Of a stretch of 64,000 bases of DNA, positions 34,761 to 46,250 are shown in pieces. Position 1 is the first letter of the stretch. Every line of letters begins with the position of its first letter. The stretch is from Felis catus (taxonomy: Eukaryota). The stretch spans positions 100,876,001 to 100,940,000 of the forward strand of contig NC_058373.1 in assembly GCF_018350175.1 (NCBI RefSeq), written 5' to 3'. A program made the position numbers and the translations under genes. Under the pieces are notes generated by a model. That model searched no databases. It saw nothing but the letters and a program-made list of their open reading frames with translations, and was not told the origin of the DNA.

Positions 34761-37749
34761 GCAGGTGCCTCTTCCATGTGAGTCACAGCACACAGAGCAC
34801 ATAGTAGGTAGCCCCAAGCTAGGGGCCCTGCTGGCTAGCCTTTCTCCACACTGAAGAAAAGGGTAAATTAATACCTGTAAATGAACACCAAGAGGGACCC
34901 ACGGCACCCCACACCACAGTGACTAAAACAGCCTTTGGCAAGAGGCAGAAAGCTCTAGGAGTGAGGTGAGAGAAAAGATGGCTTCCGCCATGCCCATAAT
35001 GACATCAGATTCTAGGAGTAGCTGCAGTGGCAGGTTCAGCTGGTTTAGCACACAGCCACCATGAAGACAGAGATGAACTTCTCTTGCGCAGAGATCAAAA
35101 CCTCTCCTTGTGGTCTGCCAGGCTGTGCTGGGTGCCGGACAAGTTTGCTGAAGGGTCATGAGCAACAGGAAACCATTTCTGAGTGAATCTCAGGTGGGGA
35201 GGTAGCGTAACCTGGGTTCAGCACGTTATCCATCCTTTCTAAACCTTGGTTTCTTTATGGGTAATGAGAAGCAACCACTATTATTTCCTCTTTTTCCCCT
35301 TTACATGCTTCCCTCCACAACATCCTCTTCCTCTAGCCATGTGCCCTGCTCAAGTCTAAGTCTGAGTGCTTGTGGTCTCTTATCCTTGGAATGCTTGATC
35401 AGGCTTTCTAAATTGCTTCACTACTAGTTTCCAAGGATCCTAACAACCCATTTTCTTGTATGATGCCTTCTCTGAATGAATGAGAGTGAATCTTGTCTGT
35501 TCCTCAACTTCCAAGCAAAATACACGAGCATGTTATTTAGGCTTTCCTAATGCTTTATTTGTGGCCTTGGCAGTGACTGTATTTGGAATGCCTCTCTAAA
35601 ATATTGCAGATATTGATATTGCCCGTATTATTCCATGGAAGACAGCGAATGTTTAAAGTATCTTTTATGAGTAGCGGCAGAGTTCCTTCCTAGAAGTAAA
35701 CTTATTGTAGCTTTTGGCTGTTGACAACAAGGAGGTAGGAATGCTCCTTACTGCTACTGGTTTTTTTTTTAATTTCTTTTTACTTATATTCACTAATGTC
35801 CTCTTATTTCCTTGGACCCTCTGACCCAAAGAGGCTACTTTTTCTGCTTAATTCCATGGCATGGGATTCCCTAGTAGGTAACAAACTGCCCTGCAATAGA
35901 ATAATGGATTATATGCCCCAACACCATGCTCACCAAACACCATCACCACCACCACCAATCCACAGGGCCTGGAGCTCAACAGGTCATGGTTGTAGTTTGA
36001 GTTCCAGGGACCAGAGTTGGGCAGGGGAAGGAAGAAGTTACCATCTGTGTGTCTAAGAGTGGAACAAGTCAATGGATGATTGTGATTCACTGTCCTTAGG
36101 GAGCAGGAGGATTAACACTAGAACACACAAGAGCTGCCATGAAATACAAGGAGCTGCTTTCAGGTTGGCCGATGGGAGGCAAAGTCAAGAGTGTTGCTGG
36201 GTGGAACCAGAATGATGCAAGATCAGGAGCAACAGAGGACAGTTCTGGACAATTGTAAGACAGAAGCTTAAGCACGGCAGCCTGCTTTTAATGGCATTGG
36301 CTGGACAGAAGTCAGCATGTCAGAATGTTGAAACAGTAAAAGTACAGCATTGGGGTAGGTCCTGATGCCTGGGAGTGCCCGTGTGGAAGGGGCCTCTTAA
36401 CAAGAGGCCCACCTGCCCTTATATCTCTAGCTGCACCCAAGCCCTGAGCTGTACATTCATGGGAAATAAATATATGTGTAAATAATTCCAATTCCGTTAA
36501 GGAAATGATGTAGCAGCAGGTAGAATTGGCCCATTTGCATTGGCTTTCCCCCCTTGCTGGGCGACACACATATTTCACAATTGGCAAATGCAAATTTGCC
36601 GATGTATACCTTGGCCTGTTCTGGTCATAGACAAAAAGCCAAAGAACCCTTGTTTCACACTATTGCAGAGCATTTCATGTCCCCATGGGTAGGAAATCTT
36701 TTTCTTGTTTTCAGTATGGTGAATTTTCAACTCACAGTCTGGGTAGGGAAGTAATATTTGGTTAATGTCAAATTTACTCTGAACTTTGCTGGCCTCAAAG
36801 TTCATGTCTTGGAAACTGTAGCTCTTCCCATGGTTTGGATATTTTACATCGACACATTACATTCAGAAAGCCAGAGTTTAGACTAATGGAAAAAAATAGC
36901 TAAATTGATGACTAATTTTACATCAGAAGCTTTTCAACCAGAGAAATAGTGTGCTACAGAGTAAGCAGAGCCACCCCACCCCTGGCCCCCTGCCCTCTGC
37001 TTGAAGTGAGAAGATTTTCAAGTGTCTCTTTGAGAGAGGGTGGAGGAACGACAGAGTGGAGGCCCAGCTGCACAGACCCACACAGCAGATGGTCCAACTG
37101 AAACACAGGCGGCCTGAGTTACTCTCCAGTGGGCACTACTGACCAAGGCTATTGAGTCACGCAGGCACTTGTTATGCTGAAGAGGATTGTTTAGGAAGAA
37201 AAAGGGGTGGTTTTCTTGCTTAATATATCCATATTGAAGGTCGCAACCCATCTTTCTTATTGCCTGCACTTTTATTTATACACCATAAGGAATAATTTCC
37301 AGCTCACCTTCCCCACTCCACTCCTTTGCCAGAACATATAGAAATGTCCATGTTCAAAATGAAAGGCTCTTGTTTTCTTGGCTGAATATCAAGATTTTTC
37401 CAGATTGTCAACTCTTTAAGAGGGGAGAAGCATAAAATCCAGCTGTAGAAACCCAGAAGTGACCTAACATAATCCAGGTGTTTCTAGTTTTCTTAGGAAA
37501 GAAGGCGAATGTATATACAATGCCTGATCAACCATATCTGGAGGATACTGCCCAACAACAACTAGGTTGCTGATCACAGTTCTGATAGGGGGTTATGAGT
37601 GAGTCTGCAGGGTGTGACAAGGATATCTGATATATCAACACTGGTTTTGTGGTGGTGTTCTGAAAGTTTGTGACCCTGTATTTATCTTCCTCCCATCTTA
37701 TTTAACGCTCATAAAAATGGATTTGAAAGCAGTAAACTTATAAAGACAA

Positions 37750-37930
37750 CATGGTGGTATAGAAAATGCAAGCAGTGGGAGAAGTGGGTTTTAGCTTCAC
37801 TTCTGCCACTTGTCAGCCATGTGTCTGTGGTCAGGTCTTCAATCTCTCTGATCATCATTTTTTTTCAACGATGCAAATAAAGTAATATTTTCCCTTACGG
37901 CTCCACGATAAAATGAAAGCATTGTGTTGG
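37750..37930 (+). mobile_element. MIR
   Basis: gggttttagcttcacttctgccacttgtcagccatgtgtctgtggtcaggtcttcaatctctctga. Confidence 0.6.
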
Positions 37931-38261
37931 GACAGAGTTATATGAATAACTTGGACAAAGGTATGGATAAATGTGCATTTAGCAATCTGTAGTCTCATCT
38001 GTGCAGTCCATAGTAACATTCTGACCCACCGTTCGCTGACCCAGATACAGTCAACTATATTTCAGATTATATTTTTAATGGTTAAAATTGAGTTCGTTTG
38101 GCAGAATGAACTAATTCTCTAAAATGAATACCAAGCCATCTGCCAAAATCTTCCTCATTCACTCTCAAATACCACCTACCTCTCAAAGCACTCTGAAATT
38201 TTATTAACTTGGAACAACTCCCTCTTAGCTACTGTGTCTTCCCAGCACTGGGTATTTCCAT

Positions 38262-38286
38262 GGGTTAGGGTTAGGGTTAGGGTTAG
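38262..38286 (+). repeat. Short interstitial telomeric sequence GGG(TTAGGG)3TTAG
   Basis: 25 nt in perfect register with the vertebrate telomere repeat. Confidence 0.9.
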
Positions 38287-38534
38287 TGGCTAATGATCAA
38301 CTAGGAACATGTCTTCATTTCCTAAGGACAGGAACCTAAGGATAAGGGTAACCTTAGTCAGTTTTGTACCTGGCCCACCTCACCTTCTAGAGTGTCACTC
38401 ACGTAGGTACACAATGAACACAGTTCGCTTTCTGAATTGAATTACTGCATTTCTTTGGTAGAGTTTGCATGGGAGGATAAAATGGTGGCTGCTGAGAAGC
38501 ATCTGGTTGGGTAGAGGAAAGCATAGAAGAAAAA

Positions 38535-38700
38535 TAAGAGTTAAGAGTCAGAAAACTGGGTTATAGTCCAAGCTTCACCACTGCATTGTTGTATGTGGCC
38601 TTGGATAAGTCACCAAACTCTCCACCTTTGTTGCCTTCTCTTTTTAATGAGAGAATAAGATGAGTTGGTTTTTAACACTCTTTACAATACTAAGAGTTTA
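38535..38700 (+). mobile_element. MIR/MIR3
   Basis: gagtcagaaaactgggttatagtcc ... tgtggccttggataagtcacc. Confidence 0.65.
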
Positions 38701-38761
38701 CATTTCCTGTTTTATGCTACCTTCATCTTCAGGCAAATCAAGAGAGGTTTTAAAAAGAAAA

Positions 38762-38762
<1 letters not shown>

Positions 38763-38792
<30 letters not shown>

Positions 38793-38797
38793 CATAC
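38763..38797. repeat. (TACA)n microsatellite between 13-bp direct repeats
   Basis: Perfect tetranucleotide run. AAAAGAAAATTAC at 38753-38765 and 38799-38811. Confidence 0.95.
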
Positions 38798-39040
38798 GAA
38801 AAGAAAATTACCCGATAGGGTGATTCTAAGGCAATAAGAATCTATCCTATTTTGAGCGGTAAGGATTATTTTACATGAATATGAGATTCAGGGTAAGGAG
38901 TTTATCAAGTCTATCTGTAGATCGTTTAAAATGAAAGGTCTAACATTAGAGGAGTAACTCAAGATTATCTCCACTTGGACTATTATACAGAATGCAAAAT
39001 ACATTATGCATATTAAAGATAAACATGGATTAGAATTTTA

Positions 39041-39247
39041 TTTTTTATTTTAATTATTTGGGAGAGAGAAAGAGAGAGAGCATGGGCACAAGTGGGGGAG
39101 AGGGGCAGAGAGAGAGAGAGAGAGAGAATCTTAAGCAAGTTCCACATTCAGTGCAGAGTCCTACTCAGTGCTCAGTCCCATGACCCTGGGATCATGACCT
39201 GAAATCAAGAGTCAGATGCTCAACCAACTGAGCCACCCAGGCACCCC
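39041..39247 (-). mobile_element. CAN-SINE
   Basis: Reverse-complement SINE. TSD TGGATTAGAATTTTA at 39026-39040 and 39248-39262. Confidence 0.95.
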
Positions 39248-40609
39248 TGGATTAGAATTTTAATAAAGTCTTTGAATGTTGGTAGTTTTTTTTTTTAATT
39301 ATTTTAGACATCTTATCACACTTTTTCTTCTTCACATTTTCATATTAGAATAACTTGGGGTTATCCCTGAAACTTGAAGTACCCTTTACAATAGCATTGC
39401 ATGAAATGTATTTTTATTAGTAGAAAGAGATAGAACTCTTTTGCGTGTATTGGGTTAGTTTCAGTTCCAAACTGTAGAACCTTCTCTTTTGGAGTCAAAT
39501 CAAAGTTAATAGGTACTTAATGTAGTCTTTGAGTAGCATGCACTACACCAAATTATTTTGTTGCTGGGTCCTTTGTAATTTATTGAGACCACTGCAATAT
39601 GATCTTGTTGGAGCATATACATATGAAAATTTCATTTCTCTCTGTATAAGTTGTACTGAATCTGCAATGCAAATTTGGTAATCTAGTCATCTTTGTAATC
39701 CTTTTATCATGATTGACTTTCTTTCAATCTATCTTCTTGAGGACCAAGAAAGAAATTTCATAAATTTCAATCTCTTTTTTTCTTTTCTTTTCTTTTTTTT
39801 TTTTTACTTCTTCTTTTAAATGTGATGGAATCGTTACTAGATGAAGTCAACCCTTAAATGAGTGAACTATTTCCATTGTTCAGTTGTCCAAGTAAATTTA
39901 AAGCAGAGTGTTTTTGACAGCTTTGTTAATGCAGCTTCCACCGCACCCCCACCCCCCCGCCCCTTATTTCAAGCATTATTGACGTCTAGTGTTGAGCTTT
40001 GAATATGTTCTTGAGACTTGAAAAGGAAGCTTGATGAGGCATGTACTGCAGCATAATCTCTCAATTATTCACACATTTATATGACTATAATCACCAAGGC
40101 CTCTCACTGTAAATATTATGAACACTTTTATAACCAGACATTGACATGAGCTAATAGGCAGTGAATTACAATTCAAATGGTGAAACTACAAATAGTAATC
40201 AGAATATGGTCAAGGTCATCAATCATAATTAACAACATCATTGTTCATTTCTAAAATCTCTGATGCCGTATCAAGTCACATTTGAGTATAAACTGAGTCA
40301 TTTCCAATACTTAAACTCAAAGAAGTCTGACGGTTTTACAATGACTTTAGAACCCAAACACTACTCACTGGCTTAGCTGAGGACAAGGAAGATTGCCATT
40401 TTTGTGTCTTGTGCTCTTTTAGATTCCAGTAACTTAGCAGGTCTCTGTCTATAATTCAGCATGATCTAACAGCTGTGTTTAATAAAGTGTCCAAGTTTGG
40501 ATTCTGCTAGTATAATAATATCTAACAAGATGGGAGGAAAACCTACAAAAATGTTATTAGTGACACTTACCTCCCTCTGTCCTTTTCTCTGTTCCTGCTT
40601 ACTATCAAT

Positions 40610-40740
40610 TAATTAATTGAATCATTCAACAAATACCAATTGAATCATTGTGTTGGGCCAAATATCTTCTGGGCACTAGGGGAACAACCCAGGCATGCTT
40701 TCTCACTGCCCTGAGAGTGTTTACATTCCAGTGCCATAAT
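40610..40740 (-). mobile_element. L2 3' end
   Basis: tcattcaacaaatacc ... tgggcactagggga ... gtttacattccagtg. Confidence 0.6.
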
Positions 40741-43239
40741 GGAAGATGTAGAGTATTCTTAAATCAGTTTATCCTGGACACACCTCTAAGTCATTAAAAA
40801 AAAAAAAAAAAAAAGAGGAGTCCGTTGAAATATATTGTTAGAATAAGTCTGGGTAACCCAATTCATTTCCTTTTCTCTCCATGGTGAATGAAGAGTGCAG
40901 CTGTCAGCTGGGAGATTGCTGGCCGTTTTTGTTTCTTTCCTTGAAGCAGTTGTGGAAGTGACTGAGAAGATAATAAGGAACTATCAATTGCTTCAAACAT
41001 TTTGAAAAACAACAACTCCATACTACCTCGTGATAGTTTTCCCATTTCTTGAAAGCTTGTGGGATGAGCAGCAACATAAGTATCTCTTTCCAGATTAAAT
41101 GAAGAAAAGACATGTGTGTTTAAGTTCTACTGTGGATTAAAAATCATACACAGTTTATTATATCCAGTTAATGTAAATGTAGTTATGGGTAAAAAATGAT
41201 CCACGAGAACACAACAAGGTTTAGACATTCTTTCCTGAGTCCCTCCTTTCTAAGGATTGTTGAAAACCCAGACCTTGGGTAACTAATCAAAGACATTAAT
41301 ACAGATACTTAAAATAATTACTGATACTAATGTCAGCAGCATCTTCTTAACCTTGTGTTTCTCCTTTTGGGTCCTCTGGTGGCTGTTGTTCCTCTTCAAA
41401 GGTCGCCCTCACTCTTCTGTAGACTATTCTGGCATGATCATTTGCTGAGAGCATTTGTTCCAACTTTTATGCAAGTTCAGTTTTGTTCTTGTTATTGTAG
41501 TTTAGTTTTAATACATTTTATTTCCAAAGATACCTTGCTCCACTCAATGTAGTCTGATAAAATGTTGGCCTCTAATTACTTAGTAGTAGGGAATGCCTTC
41601 CCTATTTTGCACTCACATAGGGTGAGGTTATTTTTAATAAAAAATACAAAGGAGAAGACTTACCTTCAAATTGTTTGCAGATCAAAATGAAAATAGAGTC
41701 CCCCCATTAACTGGAAATACAGCTGCCATCACATGACCTGTGTCTTTCCTTAAGCGTCATCTCTGACAGCAACTGCTCACTGCTGTAGCATTCTGCTGTC
41801 TTCTTGTCCTTAGTATAGTGAGCAGTGCTTGGATATCTCCCTCACAGCTTCAGCCTTACTGAATCAGTGACTCCATGACCCAGCAAGACAGATTCGATGG
41901 ATGGGGCACATATGATCCAAGCATGGCCCTGTCTATAGCCTTATTGATGACCTCCAGCAGGGTGGAAAAGAGAAGACACCCTCTCTCTGTTTTCTTGTTG
42001 GAATTTAGAATTGAGTAAATTTAGAGCCTGAGCAGGTTAGCTTTAGGAAACTGAGTTGAAAGGCCACCAGGTAGACCTGGGCAGTAATTACAAATTATGA
42101 GGATGAAGACTAAGAGAAAGCAAAGATGCACTGGGAAGGTATGGAAACATATCCTTGCAGTCCCTGAAAGAGAGGGAGAAAAACAGACACACAAACACAA
42201 AGCAAAAACCACCTCAATTCCTGATTGCTTTCTGCTTCCAATGTCAGTTCACCCATGATTCTTACTTTCAGGCACGTTGACAGAGCCATCTTTGCCTCCT
42301 ATGACCAAACATGTCTTGACAACAACAGCAAAATTTTAGCAACCAAGATAAATTAACCAAAAGATATATAATGTAATTGTTGCCTTCCTGCTACCACTTG
42401 CCAACTGTGAAATTTTTTTCCAAATGCCTTGACATTAGACAGTAGTTAGAAAATTATTGGAAATTGTTTTCTCCTTTGTCGGTGTTCATTAAAAAATCAG
42501 ATACCATCAATATCAGAACTCAAAGGTCCATATTATGTTGTTCTTTATTATTGCATTTTAATGAACACTTTATTAAACTAGTAAGTTTTTACATATGACA
42601 TTAAAAAAGGCTATGACAAAGTTTTGTGCTGAGCATACCATCAGGAAACCACAACACATTTATGTTCCATTCTTATGGTGTGATTGTTGCCATTAAATTA
42701 CTCTTGGTGGGGAAATGCTACATTGTGATGGTAGCTAGATGTAGAACTCCGTCTTTACCACTTTGGGGTAAAGTGGAAGAAGAGTATTTGGGAACATTTA
42801 CATATATAAATACCTTACTATTCATTTCTGTGCTTTCTTATTTCTTCAGAATATGGTTTGGCAATGAGGTATAATAAAGCTTTTATTTTGGCAAGTGGAA
42901 GATATCACTCACTGAGTAGGTCTTTCCAAACAAGTTGTATAAAATTTACAGCGTCTTTGCTCATTCACATATTTCTCTTCTGCAGTGTGTTTATCTTCTT
43001 TTATTAGCTTTCCATGCTTTCATCATTGTTCTTTCCTTCTGTCAGCCCTTCAGTTGTCATGGAAAGAGAGGATGACTTAGATTGGAGTGGAACATAATGT
43101 CATCTGTAAATGTAAGAAGGTAAATAACTTCTATGGACATAACTCATTGGTCCAATGGATAACAAGCATTCATGTGTGTTCTTAATACCCATCTGTTTGA
43201 TCATCTTTGGTCTATATTCCCTACCCAGCCTCTACAACT

Positions 43240-43244
<5 letters not shown>

Positions 43245-43282
<38 letters not shown>
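43245..43282. repeat. (CA)n microsatellite
   Basis: Perfect CA run of about 19 units. Confidence 0.97.
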
Positions 43283-43285
<3 letters not shown>

Positions 43286-44959
43286 GCTAACATTGAGTTA
43301 GAATGTTTTTGTTCAGACAATGAAAAGGAAAAATTTCCTGCAGTAGGATAATTCTAATAACAATTTTTTTCCTTTAGAATTTTTAACTACAGTAGGCACA
43401 CTGAATTCAGTGCTGGAGGCAGCCATCGTTCTGTGAAGAGATATTATTTGTCTCATTAGCACTGTGGGAGCGCCATGAAAGGGTCCATGACCTAGAGCCC
43501 ATCTTGCTTTAATAATGGCTTAACACTCATAAAAGATTTTTAATGGCTACATGAGACATATTTAAATATTAAACGCCATTCTTCTTTGTTGATTCACAAC
43601 CCCAATGAATAGGACTCCTTCGGCGCTTCCAAGATTGAAGAAATGTGCCTGGCTTCTCACGCCAAGGAGTGAACAAAACAAACTCAGGAAGGGAAATACC
43701 TCAACTCTGCCCTGCTAACCCACTTGCCAACCTGAGAACTATGTGTCTCCTGGGCTCATTGGCTGCCTTGAGTTCTCACTCAAGAGGTAAAATGTTTATC
43801 TGGCTGATACCCATTTCTAATCCTGCTATAGGAGAATTAGGAAGATGATCATATATATGCAATGAGACTATTTTCCCAAACACAACTTGTTGGCTTTCAT
43901 CGTAATGCAATTCATTTGCTTTGGTCCTCTGGCCACAGTGTTGCATGTGATGAGACGGATCATACTCCTACTCAGTAAAGCACTTTTTGCTTATATCTAA
44001 ATTTGAACAGAACAATGCTCATTGGGCCATCCATGTATTTAGATTTCAGTAAGAACTCATGAGCCTGGTGACAACAGAGCTATTTTTCCACAGCCTTGGG
44101 ATGGAGTGTAACATTACATGAGAATCAGTGCTGTTTGTTTAAACAGAGTGAGTCTTCCAAGATCAGCACCTGACATCTCATTGTTAAGTGTGTGATGATC
44201 CTGTGTGAATGACAAGACCCAAAAGAATTGTATTTGCCTTTCTTTCTTGCCTTCTGGTGTGGATGTCAGACCTATACTTTTGAAGGTGCTTTTATTTACA
44301 GAACAGAAAATTGAGTTACAGCTTTCCTGTTGTGAACAGAGCTGCCTTGGGAAAACGATGGTGGAAAGGTATTCTCAAGTAGAAAGCTAGGCTGTATGGG
44401 CCCAGAAACAGTTGGGGTTTGACAAGCTTTGTAGTATTCTTTAAATATTTGGGGGTACGGCAGAGCCTAAAATGTAGTTTGCTCAAAGCACCACTTCCCT
44501 TCCATTTTCCCAAATTGTGTATGTTGTAGGGAAACGTAATCTGTGTAGTTTGGGATCATTTAACACTCATTCATCAAAATGGTGCAAAGTAAATACTAGA
44601 TCTGGGTTCCAGAAATCTCTTGAGCTCTTCGATAAGTGGTTTCCTCCTTGGAACTCAAAAGTAAAATTTTACCAGCTTTGAAGGAGCCCTGATCTTAGAG
44701 CAGTTGGAGCTTACTTCTCAAATTATCTCCCAGCCAGTGTGTTGGGAGCTTTATATGGGTCTAGTATAAAGAAAGCAATGATGGAGACAAGGCTTTTCAG
44801 GGGCAAGGCCCTCAAAAATGGAACTTGCACATTGATGAGCTTTTCCACTGGGGCCTCCTGGCACCCATTTGGCTCTGCCAGTATTAGATCTCTCCTGGGG
44901 CAGCCACAGACCCAGGTTTGTCTCAGCTATATCCATGCCTGGTGCTTCTGAACCTCACA

Positions 44960-45370
44960 ATCCTATCCTTATTTAAAATTGTATTTTGGGGCACCTAGGT
45001 GGCTCAGTCAAGGATGCTCAGTTAAGCATCTGACTCTTGGTTTCAGCTCAGATCATGATCATGGTTCGTGAGTTCAAGCCCTGCATCAGGCTCTGTGCTG
45101 ACAGCATGGAGCCTGCTTGGGATTCTCTGTCCACCCCCCCCCCCCCCCCCCGCCCATCCCTGGCTTGCTCTCTCTCTCTCAAAAAATAAATAAACGTTAA
45201 ATTTTTAAAAATTATATCTTATTTATCATCGAGTTTTATGCATTAATTTTTATTTTTAAGACATTGCATTGCAATATTATTTACCTTGATTACTAAGTTT
45301 TTTTGGTGCCTTATTAAATTTTGTGTCTGTGGCCTGTGCCTCGCTTGCCTTACCCTAGTCCCTATCTTGC
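44960..45370 (-). mobile_element. Non-autonomous hAT-like DNA element (MER96B-like), split by a SINE
   Basis: The minus strand reads gggactagggtaaggcaagcgaggcac ... aaaattt ... ggcaccaaaaaaacttagtaatcaagg, matching a recalled consensus. The family name is uncertain. Confidence 0.55.
44988..45207 (+). mobile_element. CAN-SINE with a 14-bp head duplication and a C18 run
   Basis: GCTCAGTCAAGGAT/GCTCAGTTAAGCAT tandem at 45002-45029, C run at 45134-45151, and degenerate TSD aaaatt(g/a)tat. Confidence 0.95.
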
Positions 45371-46004
45371 CTTGTACCTGGGGCTTCCTTGTCTTCTTCA
45401 CTCTGTGGCTCACATCAGACATATGCATGGCATCTGGACAAACGAATAGCTCTTACCTGGAGGGCTTGATGGTGGTGTGGAGAGTTTAGGAAGGAGTTCA
45501 GTTAATCTTGAAGTGGGCCTCTGGGCCTCTAATCCAGTTGAGGCTGCCGAGGGTACAGTGTGGGTGGGGCACGGTGGTTGAGAACTTCTGCTCTAGCCCA
45601 TTCTTGACTTTTGGTTCAACTGGGCTTTCTCCTCCTGAGGACCAGATGACCTGTATCCAGTGCCAGTCATGTATCCTCTTCTTCCAACTGTCTGAGTTAG
45701 TGGTTAGGCCATGGGATTAGTAATTTTCCTCTTGTCAGGAAGTTATCTGCAGAGTGCAGGATAAGAATGGAATAAAGACGCCTGCTCCTACGACACAATC
45801 TATTTCCCCTCAAAATGATGATTTCATTTTAATCTTATACAGCTTGAAAGTGAGAAACATTTCATTCATTCTATTATCATCTCAGTGATACCTAAGGGTA
45901 GCTCCTGAGCCAAAGGAAGGGGAAGAAATTTGAGTTCATACAGAATGTTATTCTTAAGATTGGCTTCCAAGTCAAGATCTTTATATTCGTGGTTGATGGC
46001 TTAA

Positions 46005-46250
46005 TGATAATAGTCATTGCCAGCAACAAGTGAGTAGCGCCAGACTCTGTTGAGTATCCTCTTAGTTGTATTGTGTCATTTAAACCTTACAACAGTCTGA
46101 GGCTGGAACGATTATTGTTTCTATTTTACAGATGAGAAAACTGAGGTTTAGAGAAGTTAAATTACCTCCGAAGATTACCTGAGTAGGTAATAGCAGAGTC
46201 CAGAACTTCCTAATTCAAAGCTCCAGTTCTTACCAATTGTTCCACACACT
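46005..46250 (-). mobile_element. MIR
   Basis: ctattttacagatgagaaaactgaggtttagagaagttaaattacc core. Confidence 0.85.

Noticed and set aside
41010..41045. let-7-like word (minus strand CGAGGTAGTATGGAGTTG)
   Set aside because: Only about 9 nt match, and there is no complementary arm to form a pre-miRNA hairpin.
41664..41710. Possible 47-nt minus-strand exon (TTTCCAG acceptor, AAG|GTAAGT donor)
   Set aside because: The polypyrimidine tract is weak, there are no partner exons and no recognisable peptide. Such site pairs are common by chance; RNA-seq would be needed.
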